A DNA stretch of 64,000 nt from assembly GCA_016214655.1 (NCBI GenBank), contig JACROC010000004.1, positions 26,084-90,083 on the forward strand, read 5' to 3'. The stretch is from Candidatus Harrisonbacteria bacterium (lineage in GTDB: Bacteria > Patescibacteriota > Minisyncoccia > UBA6257 > 02-FULL-45-10c). The notes under the pieces were generated by a model. The model made no database searches. It saw only the letters and a program-made list of their open reading frames with translations, and had not been told where the DNA came from. Both the position numbers and the translations under genes were made by a program. Of the stretch, positions 20,676 to 29,700 are shown piece by piece; position 1 is the stretch's first letter, and each line of letters opens with the position of its first letter.

Positions 20676-20873
20676 TTATTCTCCACTCTTCTGCCGGTAT
20701 TCCTGATTAAGCTCTTGCGGATCGCGGTTGCGCGCATTCTTCAGAATATTGCCAAGCTCTTCATCCGCTTCCAAATCCTTCTCTTCTTCCTCTTCTTCCT
20801 CTTCGCCATTTTTCTTCTTCTTTTTAGGCTCTTCCTTCTTTGGCGGTTTCTCCGGCGGCTTTTGCTCGCTCAT
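20676..20873 (-). CDS. pup: Pup-like prokaryotic ubiquitin-like protein with C-terminal QKSGE
   Basis: 65 aa. The N-terminal half is Lys/Glu-rich and looks disordered. The C-terminus ELNQEYRQKSGE resembles the mycobacterial Pup C-terminus (YVQKGGQ) and ends in Glu. The gene lies between PafA/Dop-family genes on the same strand. Confidence 0.65.
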   Translation of the reverse strand: MSEQKPPEKPPKKEEPKKKKKNGEEEEEEEEKDLEADEELGNILKNARNRDPQELNQEYRQKSGE

Positions 20874-20891
20874 TCTTCGCTTTTTAAACCA

Positions 20892-22361
20892 TTAAAGTCC
20901 TAAAATGGATTGTAGCACAACGGCCGTAGAATTATCAAGTACCGGATCCATCAGATCAACGGAAATATCCACTGAATCATTTACCCTAATCTTAATCCCA
21001 GACCAATCAACTTCCACCACCCGATCGCCTAATTTCTTCAAAAGTCCGCTTCTCAAAAACGCACGAGTATTAGCCGGCGCATCAAATTTAGCCGCCAGAA
21101 TCTGTTCATCCGTTACCAGCCGCTTGATTTTGCCAGATTTTACCAATTCGTAATAAAGGCCGTCACTAGCCACCTTCCGGAACAGCTTACTAAAGCCCAG
21201 TGCGGCATCCGGCTGCAATTTTGTAAGCGCCCAAGTGGTAGTCCAATCTAAATATCCGAAAGTTTTCATTGGATCCTTCTCTAGAATCTCCGACAACTCT
21301 AAAGCTTTTGCGACCGCCTGAGTATGCTGATCGGTCATTGGATGCACATTCAAATATTTTCCGGCAGCCAATAAGTACTTTCTCAATATTTCTAGACCAG
21401 TCATTCGCTGACCACCCTCTAAATCAATCATTTCTTTGAATCTGAGGTCGCGCGAGATTTTGATAATTGCTTCAACCGGTTTTTTAGGCAGCAACACTTC
21501 TTCCAAAAACCGGTCTTCAATCATGGCCAGAACTACTTGAGTCAAGGCAATCCGCAAAAAATCCGCGTATTCGCACATCAAGGCATCAGTAGAAATATCA
21601 TGAAGGCGGAAATATTTTTTAGCCGTAGCATGCGGTTCGTCACGCAAATTGAAAATCGGGCGGCTTTCCATGGTATTAATAGCCACCAATCGTTCAAAAA
21701 AATCTGCTCGCTGAGATAACTGGAAAGCGCAAGATGGGCGGTCATTTTCACTGCCGACTTTACCGCCTCCGGTCAAAATAATTCTGCTGATTTGGAATGG
21801 TAAATAATGTTGCAATAAATAAAGAAAGTTATCTTTCTCGGAAACCAAATCCCGGCTTAAAAGAATATTGAGATGGGAACCATAACTCTTGCCGGCGCCA
21901 TCGCTGTTATTTTTATGAAGCACAATTCTGTCCTTGCGGCTGGCCAGTTGGTTTAAATAAAGCCGCAAAGCATCCATCATCACCAATTCGCTGGCTTTGT
22001 CATGAACGACCAAATCCAACGGATTCAGGCACTCTGGGGTGGAATATTCCGGATGATCAACGTCCATATAAAATCGAGCGCCATTGCCCAAAAATCCGTC
22101 CAATTCCGGACCGATATTATCTGCTAGGACGTCATGAGCCGTTTCTTTAAAAAGACCGGCTACATCTTCCAAGGTAATAACGCTGGTTCGGCGGGCTTCT
22201 TTAGATTTATCATGACGGACTGCTTTTTGATATTTCAAAAATTCTTTTACAAAACTGCGCAAAATCTCCCGATATTCATCTCCCAACAATTGATTCCCGC
22301 CTTGGTCAAGAACTGAAAAACCGAATTCATTTTCTATCCCGCAAACCTTAGAGATAGCCAT
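20892..22361 (-). CDS. Pup ligase/deamidase family protein (PafA/Dop), canonical-like
   Basis: 489 aa. Strong matches to PafA signature blocks: CGIENEFGF, GNGARFYMDVDHPEYSTPEC, LHKNNSDGAGKSYGSHLN, FQLSQRADFF, SRPIFNLRDEPHATAKKYFRLHDISTDALMCEY. It sits immediately upstream of pup, as dop does in actinobacteria. Confidence 0.8.
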   Translation of the reverse strand: MAISKVCGIENEFGFSVLDQGGNQLLGDEYREILRSFVKEFLKYQKAVRHDKSKEARRTSVITLEDVAGLFKETAHDVLADNIGPELDGFLGNGARFYMDVDHPEYSTPECLNPLDLVVHDKASELVMMDALRLYLNQLASRKDRIVLHKNNSDGAGKSYGSHLNILLSRDLVSEKDNFLYLLQHYLPFQISRIILTGGGKVGSENDRPSCAFQLSQRADFFERLVAINTMESRPIFNLRDEPHATAKKYFRLHDISTDALMCEYADFLRIALTQVVLAMIEDRFLEEVLLPKKPVEAIIKISRDLRFKEMIDLEGGQRMTGLEILRKYLLAAGKYLNVHPMTDQHTQAVAKALELSEILEKDPMKTFGYLDWTTTWALTKLQPDAALGFSKLFRKVASDGLYYELVKSGKIKRLVTDEQILAAKFDAPANTRAFLRSGLLKKLGDRVVEVDWSGIKIRVNDSVDISVDLMDPVLDNSTAVVLQSILGL

Positions 22362-22420
22362 GTTCTCATATTCCTTTCTTAAAGAATCTGAACATACTTT
22401 AAACTAAAATTGCTATTAAT

Positions 22421-22449
22421 ACAAACAAAAACCCGACTTCCGTCGGGTA
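22421..22449 (-). terminator. rho-independent terminator after the ARC ATPase gene
   Basis: On the minus strand, ACCCGACGGAAGTCGGGT is followed by TTTTTGTTTGT. Confidence 0.45.
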
Positions 22450-22457
22450 CTAATTAC

Positions 22458-24281
22458 TTAACCAGCAAATCCTGTAATCGGCTTATTCACAGCTTCCTTG
22501 AAATTGTTTTTCAATCTTTCGACCTCTTCATCAATAGCCATGAAAAAATCCTTCTTTTTGATATCGGCAACCGGGTCCTTTTCACCAGCTACTTTTGATC
22601 TATGATATCTTTCTAATGCAATCATTTTGGCGCCATCAACGATACTCTTAATAATCGCACCGGAAAGATAGTTCTTCAACATCACATCTTCATTGCCCTT
22701 TACAGTTTCAACCCGGAAAATATTATTAACTGTCAATTCGGTGCCATCGCTAAATCTGATTTTAACTTCTCTGCCAGTATACGCCAATCGCTTAGCAATA
22801 AGATCGATGAAATGCTCGCGAATTTTTTCTAAATCACCACTCAGAACTACCTCCTCCTCTTCACCACTACCAAAAGAATCAATATATTTGTAAATATGGT
22901 TTTCAAGATATTTTCTAGAAAACGGGAGGTCGGCAGCAAGATAAATCCGGAGGATTTCTTTGACATCCCGCATGGTTTTAGGACGAGGAATAAAAACATC
23001 AACACCTAATCTTCCGGGACGTAAAATTGCCTTGTCCACTAAGTCCTTACGATTAGTCGCGGCCAAGACCAAGATATTTCCCAGGGGATCCACTCCATCA
23101 AGAATTTGATTAAACTGACCAATGTCGGTCGCCATCCAAGGCTCATGCTCCGAGGTGTCACGGCTCCGAAAAAGCGAGTCGATTTCATCTATGAAAACTA
23201 CCACTAGCGCTCCTTCAGCTGCCTTTTCTTTGGCTCTAGCAAAAACTTCCCGGATTTTTCTGGCAGTTTCGCCTACATATTTATGGGTAAGTTCTGCTCC
23301 GCCAATATTCATGAAAAAGCAAGGCAAACCCAACGATCGTCCGAGGTCCGCACCGATGGCTTTAGCGCAAAGAGTTTTTCCGCAGCCCTCTGGCCCATGA
23401 AGAATCAAGCCCTTGGGCATATCCTTTCCCTTAAAAACCTTCACGTAAACTTCTCTCTCTTTAAATGGCAAAAGGATGCGCTGGATTTTCTTAACCGATT
23501 TGGAAAGGCCGCCAACCTGATCCCAAGTGATATCGCTGACATTCTGCAGATCTAAAAAGTGCTCTGACTCTTCGGTTTTGGGTAAAACCCGAATCAGCAC
23601 CCCGCCGCAATTCAAAAGCCGGTCTCCGTCTTTTAATCTCGTTTCTTTCAAATCTGGACTGATATAGCATTGCTGTATCTCGTTATGAGAACTCTCGACT
23701 TCTGCCAATTCCGGATTAATATATGACCGGAAAGTAACAGCCGAGCCCCAATTCCAATATAGCTTAGTCACTTCCACGACCTGACTCTTCCCGTTAACAC
23801 CCACTTCCCAGCCGGATTTTAAATCAGTAGCCTTCGTATTTGGTATTGCCAGCGGCAATTTTCTAAACTGTCCTTCAATTAATACATCAACCTCTTCCAG
23901 TTTGCCGCCGGGATGAGGCCGGACGAATATGCCGTAAGTAAGAGGCGGAGAAGCTAATTGCTCCCGCCATTTCTTACGCCAATTCTCGACCTCCTCCAGC
24001 GCCTTTTTATAACGCTCTTTTTCCTTGGCGCACTCTACCAGTCTCTTCAACAGCCTCTGAATCTCCTCTGATAGCTGGACCCGCTCATGGCGAAGCTGTT
24101 GATTCTCCTCCGCCTTCGCCTCAAGACGCTTGATTCTTTCGTGTGCATCTTGTAATTGATTTAGTAATTCTTTCTCTTGGTGATTCTCCTTTTGGGCGTT
24201 TCCACTTTTCCCTTTTCGTAAACGCTCGAGAAAAACACTTAAATCAGACATTTTCCATTTCATATCCAAATCCCTTATCAA
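22458..24281 (-). CDS. ARC/Mpa-like AAA+ ATPase (N-terminal coiled coil, OB-like region, single AAA module)
   Basis: 607 aa. The N-terminal coiled coil reads ELLNQLQDAHERIKRLEAKAEENQQLRHERVQLSEEIQRLLKRL. It is followed by a beta-rich OB-like region, Walker A GPEGCGKT and Walker B VVFIDEIDS. The C-terminus is ...KPITGFAG, with no GQYL/HbYX tail. Confidence 0.75.
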   Translation of the reverse strand: MIRDLDMKWKMSDLSVFLERLRKGKSGNAQKENHQEKELLNQLQDAHERIKRLEAKAEENQQLRHERVQLSEEIQRLLKRLVECAKEKERYKKALEEVENWRKKWREQLASPPLTYGIFVRPHPGGKLEEVDVLIEGQFRKLPLAIPNTKATDLKSGWEVGVNGKSQVVEVTKLYWNWGSAVTFRSYINPELAEVESSHNEIQQCYISPDLKETRLKDGDRLLNCGGVLIRVLPKTEESEHFLDLQNVSDITWDQVGGLSKSVKKIQRILLPFKEREVYVKVFKGKDMPKGLILHGPEGCGKTLCAKAIGADLGRSLGLPCFFMNIGGAELTHKYVGETARKIREVFARAKEKAAEGALVVVFIDEIDSLFRSRDTSEHEPWMATDIGQFNQILDGVDPLGNILVLAATNRKDLVDKAILRPGRLGVDVFIPRPKTMRDVKEILRIYLAADLPFSRKYLENHIYKYIDSFGSGEEEEVVLSGDLEKIREHFIDLIAKRLAYTGREVKIRFSDGTELTVNNIFRVETVKGNEDVMLKNYLSGAIIKSIVDGAKMIALERYHRSKVAGEKDPVADIKKKDFFMAIDEEVERLKNNFKEAVNKPITGFAG

Positions 24282-24359
24282 AACAGCTATATTTACTTTA
24301 CCCGAATTTTCTCAATGAAGTCAAACAAAAAATCACCGGTGCTTATTTCGGTGATTGGA

Positions 24360-24968
24360 TTAATCAGCGCTTGCTCTGCAGCCGGGACACAGACATCCCT
24401 CAGCCTTTTTCCATCGCGGATACCTATAAAGGCCGCCGGATAAACAAGTTAGATAGGTGTGAAATCCGGATCTGCCGGTAAAATGCAGATCCACTTCCCG
24501 CATCTTCCAAGTATCGCCTCCTGGCCAAGCCTGTAGGGGATTATTTAATGAATACCAGACTCCGTCACGCTCTTGCCAGCGATCAGAAACCCAGCCTAAA
24601 GTGTAACGATAGCTGCCAGGAACCAACTCAAATTCAACTTCTTTGCAGCTTTTAAGCTGTTCGTAAGATTCGATTAAATTTCCAATTACCGGAAAAAGCT
24701 TTAATATCCCAAACACAAAATTCCTAAGCAGATCAATTCGTAACAAGAATCCGGTTAAATAAAGAAAAGCTGCAACCAGAGATACATTAAATAAAAAATT
24801 AAGGAAAAGGTTTCCGGTAAAAGAAAATCCTATTTTCTCAAAAAGCCCCCAGGCCAACACCCAAAGATAGTATAAAACATAGGCAAGTATAGAAAAGATT
24901 GCCCAAAAAAGAAGCCCTTCTTTCTGAATCGCCGACTGCCTAGCCCAAAATCCCTTCTTCTCTCCCAT
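24360..24968 (-). CDS. hypothetical polytopic membrane protein
   Basis: 202 aa with several TM helices. No family recognised. Confidence 0.4.
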   Translation of the reverse strand: MGEKKGFWARQSAIQKEGLLFWAIFSILAYVLYYLWVLAWGLFEKIGFSFTGNLFLNFLFNVSLVAAFLYLTGFLLRIDLLRNFVFGILKLFPVIGNLIESYEQLKSCKEVEFELVPGSYRYTLGWVSDRWQERDGVWYSLNNPLQAWPGGDTWKMREVDLHFTGRSGFHTYLTCLSGGLYRYPRWKKAEGCLCPGCRASAD

Positions 24969-25503
24969 CTACCGCTCCGGAGATTTTTTTAACTTGATAT
25001 GGTTCTAGGATTAACCTTACTACATAAACACTGAAACTGGCAACCACTGCTCCGCTGACAACATCCAATGGCCAATGGACTCCAACCCAAACCCTCGCCA
25101 ACCCGATCGAAACCGCTACCGCAATGCTATACCAGCCGATTTTTTTATTAATAAAAAATAACGGGATTGCCAGCGCAAAATAAAAAGCCGCGTGTCCGGA
25201 CGGAAAAGCGCCTTTATCGGCTTGGCTGATGAGTGAATTAAATCCTAATGCTAAAAAAGGCCTCTCCTTAAAATAAATAAGCCGGATTGCTTCAGTTAAA
25301 ATACCGCGCGAAAGAACAACTGATAGAATTATCCAGGCAAAATAATAAAATCTCTTTTTCCATTCATTTAAAGCCGAAATCAAAATAATCGCCGCTACAA
25401 TTAAGAAATAACCTGCGTACTCCGCAAAAAATATCGCCAAAAAATCCAATAACCGGCTTTTGCCGGCTAAGTTATGAATAAATAAAAAAAGTTGCTGATC
25501 CAT
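24940..25503 (-). CDS. PAP2 family phosphatase (undecaprenyl-diphosphatase-like)
   Basis: 187 aa membrane protein with the PSGH motif (KGAFPSGHAAFYFA). Confidence 0.7.
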   Translation of the reverse strand: MDQQLFLFIHNLAGKSRLLDFLAIFFAEYAGYFLIVAAIILISALNEWKKRFYYFAWIILSVVLSRGILTEAIRLIYFKERPFLALGFNSLISQADKGAFPSGHAAFYFALAIPLFFINKKIGWYSIAVAVSIGLARVWVGVHWPLDVVSGAVVASFSVYVVRLILEPYQVKKISGAVDGREEGILG

Positions 25504-25510
25504 TACTAAA

Positions 25511-25723
25511 TTAGCGACGGGTAAATGGCAAAAGTCCTAGAAACCTGGCGCGCTTGACCGCCTGAGACAAACGGCGCTGATGCTTGGCGCAGGTACCAGT
25601 AAATTTCGGGTCAATTATTTTTGCCTGGGAAGAAACGAATTTCTTTAACAATTCAGCTTCCTTATAATCAACCTCATTTAAATTTTGCGAACAGAAATAA
25701 CACTGTCTCATATTAAAAATCAT
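25511..25723 (-). CDS. rpsR: 30S ribosomal protein S18
   Basis: 70 aa. Sequence CYFC...IDYKEAELLKKFVS...RRLSQAVKRARFLGLLPF. Confidence 0.85.
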   Translation of the reverse strand: MIFNMRQCYFCSQNLNEVDYKEAELLKKFVSSQAKIIDPKFTGTCAKHQRRLSQAVKRARFLGLLPFTRR

Positions 25724-25726
25724 AAA

Positions 25727-26167
25727 TTAAAACGGTAAATCTTCCGACTTAATTTCTCCTTCACCGACATCGATAGTTGGCAAAGTTTCGGCTGCAGCTT
25801 GATCAACACCGGAACTAACACCTCCGGCTTTAGCCCCCGCTGGCCGGGGACCCAACTGCATTCTCTCACAAATTATCTCAGTCGTCCTCCGCTTCTGCCC
25901 GTCCTTTCCCTCCCATTCCCGAGTCTGCAATCTCCCCTCAATCAGAACCAAACTTCCTTTAGTTAGAAAACGGCTCGCAACTTCGGCTTGGCGCCCCCAA
26001 ACTACCACATTATGAAATTCTGTAGCATCCTTTTTTGCGCCAGATTGATCTGTCCAAACGCGGTTGGTTGCAACACCAAAACTAGCTACCTGCTGGCCGC
26101 TATTAGTAGAACGAAGCTGTGGATCGGCAGTCAATCTGCCCAAAACAAAAACTTTATTAAGATTCAT
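25727..26167 (-). CDS. ssb: single-stranded DNA-binding protein
   Basis: 146 aa. It has an OB fold (NKVFVLGRLTADPQLR...FHNVVVWGRQAE), a disordered Gly/Ala linker and an acidic DLPF C-terminal tip. Confidence 0.85.
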   Translation of the reverse strand: MNLNKVFVLGRLTADPQLRSTNSGQQVASFGVATNRVWTDQSGAKKDATEFHNVVVWGRQAEVASRFLTKGSLVLIEGRLQTREWEGKDGQKRRTTEIICERMQLGPRPAGAKAGGVSSGVDQAAAETLPTIDVGEGEIKSEDLPF

Positions 26168-26171
26168 TTGT

Positions 26172-26606
26172 TTATTTTAATATTTCTTCTAATTTTTCTT
26201 CTAATGCCTCATTAGTCAACGCGCCGCTGGATTTAGACGAGTCAACAGCCGCTGTGGCATCCGCCGGCCTGGGGCGTAATTTAGAAGATTCTGCTAAACC
26301 GCGCTGCCTTCCTACATTTTTAGTAATCGGCGGCGTCACTATCAAAAATCGCAGGAGCGCCGAATTTAAATTCAATATTTTGGCTAATTTCTCGGCATTC
26401 TCCGGCAAAGCCCGAAAATGAAAGTATCCGAAAAGCGCTTGATTATACTTCTTAATGGGATACGCCAGCCTCGTTTCCACGACGGAACCAGTGTATAAAA
26501 CTTCCGCCTCGCTCTGAACGAAGGCAGTCTCCAGGGTATTTAAACTATCCCGGCTCTTCAACAGAAAAGAAAGTTCGTATTCTTTTTTATCGTGTTTTAA
26601 TTCCAT
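26172..26606 (-). CDS. rpsF: 30S ribosomal protein S6
   Basis: 144 aa. It is called by its position in the conserved rpsF-ssb-rpsR operon and by an S6-like N-terminal domain with a C-terminal extension. Confidence 0.65.
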   Translation of the reverse strand: MELKHDKKEYELSFLLKSRDSLNTLETAFVQSEAEVLYTGSVVETRLAYPIKKYNQALFGYFHFRALPENAEKLAKILNLNSALLRFLIVTPPITKNVGRQRGLAESSKLRPRPADATAAVDSSKSSGALTNEALEEKLEEILK

Positions 26607-26736
26607 TACTATAGTTTTATTATCTAGAATAATCTATCAAAAGTTAAGCCAACTGTCCAGCCCCGTACCATAACAAGAATCTGGAGCTCATTAACTGCGG
26701 GCAATTCTTATCATGGTCACGGGATCCAGCCCATCT

Positions 26737-29700
26737 TTATTCTGCATCTTCAGAAACATCCTCCGCTACCTCGCCGCCTAACGCCGAATAACCAGTTCCA
26801 ACCGGAATAAGCTTACCAATAATAACATTTTCTTTAAGGCCTCGTAACACGTCTACCTTGCCTTCGCTGGCAGCAGTAATAAGTACTCTGGCGGTTTCTT
26901 GGAAAGAAGCGGCAGATAAAAAGCTTTGGGTAGACAAAGCAACTTTAGTAATACCCAAAAGCAATTGTTGGGCTTTAGCCGGCTGTTTACCGGCTTTTTT
27001 CATTTCCCGGTTAATCTCCAAGAATTTTGATTTTTCTATAATTTCCCCCCTGACAAAATCAGTGTCGCCGGATTCTTTTATCTTCACCCGAGAAAACATT
27101 TGCCGAACAATGATTTCGATGTGCTTATTATTCATCGAAGAACCCTCCGAGTTATAAATTCTCAATACCTCGTTAATAACATACTTCTCCACTGCCCGGC
27201 TTCCTCTCAAAATAAATAAATCTTTCAAATCAAGAGCTCCCTCGCAAAGCTGATCGCCTTTCTTGACTGGATCTCCGATCTTCACAAAAAGAATAGTCAA
27301 GCGCGGAACTAAATATTCATAAACTTTTTCTTTCTTAGTTTTCCCGAAAGCTTTTAACCGAATAACTTTTAAGAGCCCCTTATCTTCAATACCATCAATG
27401 ATCCCCTCTTCTTCAGCCAGATAGGCGCGGCCCTTTGGCGGACGGCACTCGAATAATTCCTCTACTCTCGGCAAACCGTGCGTGATATCGGCGCCCGCCA
27501 CACCGCCAGTATGGAATGTCCTCATAGTCAGCTGAGTACCCGGTTCACCGATAGATTGCGCAGCCACAATGCCTACTGCCGCACCCATTTTGATTGACTG
27601 ATTATTACCCAGATCAAAACCGTAACACCCGGAACAAAGCCCATAGAGAGTCTTACAAGTAATCGGTGAACGGACCTTAACCTCTTCTACTTTAGACTGC
27701 TGTAAAACTCCGGCAGTTTTCTTATCAATAATTTCTCCGGCTTTTACAACTGTTTTTCCGTCTACTTTAATGTCTTCCAGGGCCGTCCTGGAAAACACCT
27801 GATCCGCGAAATTCAAGCCGAATTGCATACCCTCCGAGCGGGTTATTTCGATGCCCTCTTTGGTTTTGCAGTCTTCCTCGCAGATCACTAGATCTTGAGA
27901 TACATCTATCAGACGACGAGTCAGATAACCGGCAGAAGCGGTCTTCAGCGCCGTATCGGTGGTTCCCTTTCTGGCTCCGTGAGTTGAAATGAAATATTCC
28001 AGCACCCCCAATCCTTCTTTTAAAGAAGACTTAACTGGCAATTCAATGATTTCATTTTTCGGATTAGCCACCAAGCCTTTCATTCCAATCATTTGCACCG
28101 GCTGAGCCCAGGAACCTCTGGATCCGGAGTCAATAATGGAATAAATCGGGTTATGTTCCGAAAGTGATTTGGGAACTAATTTACTAAGCGCATCCTTGGT
28201 ATTCGCCCAAACGCTTAAAACCCGAGTTCTTCTTTCTGGTTCGGTTAAAAGGCCATCTTCATATTGCTGGCGGATATTCGTAATTTCTTCTTCCGCCTTA
28301 GCTAACAACGCCGGCTTATCGCCTGGCGTAGTCAAATCACCCATTGACCAAGTTATGCCCGAGCGAGTGGCATATTCGAAACCAAGTTTTTTCATGGAAT
28401 CAAGATACGCGCTGGATTTTTCGTTGCCATATCGATGAATCAACTCGCCGACTAAGGCGGTAATATCTTTCTTACGCAACATCCGGTTTACAAACTCAAA
28501 ATCCTCCGGTAAAATGTCATTAAATAAGATCCGCCCGCAGGAAGTTTCGATCTTCCCGCCATCGATCACTACCATTATCGGGGCGTTAACATCAATAACG
28601 CCATTTTCATAAGCAACCGTTACCTCTTCCGGACCAGAAAATTGCATACCCGCGCCTCGCGCGTCTTTTTTTAATTTGTTTAAATAATAGATTCCAAGAA
28701 CAATGTCATTGGTTGGATAAACAATCGGATCGCCAGTTGCCGGCTTTAAAAGATTACGGCTGGAAAGCATGATCTCCGAGGCCTCTTTCTGCGCCTCCGC
28801 GGAAAGCGGCAAATGGACTGCCATCTGGTCGCCATCAAAGTCTGCATTAAACGCCGTGCAAACCATTGGCGGAATACGGATGGCCAGATCTTCGATCAGA
28901 ACCGGCTTAAATGCCTGGACGCCAAGACGATGCAAGGTTGGCGCGCGATTCAAAAGCACCTTTCTATCGGCGATAACTTCTTCCAAAATCGCCCAGATTT
29001 CCGGCGGCGCTTGTTCAATCAAACGATTAGAATTGCGGATATTATGAGCTAAACCCCGTTCAATAACTTTATTAATCACAAAAGGCTTAAAGAGTTCCAG
29101 GGCCATCTTTTTCGGCAGACCGCATTCATGAAGCTTCAAATCTGGGCCGATTACGATAACCGAACGGCCGGAATAATCAACTCTTTTACCAAGTAAATTC
29201 TGACGGAAGCGGCCGGTTTTCCCTTTGAGTTGATCAGCCATTGACTGCAACGGCCGGCGCTGGCTGGACATTTGCTGAGTTCCGAATCTGGCTGAATTAT
29301 CAATCAAAGCATCCACCGCTTCTTGAAGCATTCTTTTTTCGTTTACAATAATGACATCCGGCGCATTCAGTTCTAAAAGCTTTTTCAAACGGTTATTTCG
29401 ATTAATAACCCGGCGATAAAGATCGTTCAGATCCGAAGTAGCATAACGCCCGCCGTCTAAAGCCACCATCGGACGCAGATCTGGAGGCAGAACCGGTAAA
29501 ACATCTAAAATCATCCACTCGGGACGCATGTCCTCTTTGGCCATCGCCCTCACTATTTTAAGCCGTTTTAAAAGCCTACGCTCGGAAATTGTATCTTTGC
29601 TAGTTTCTAATCCTTTTTCAATCTCTTTGGCAAGTTTATCTAAATCGATCTGACTGAGAATTTTCCGGATCGCCTCCGCTCCAGTTCCAGCCTCAAAAAC

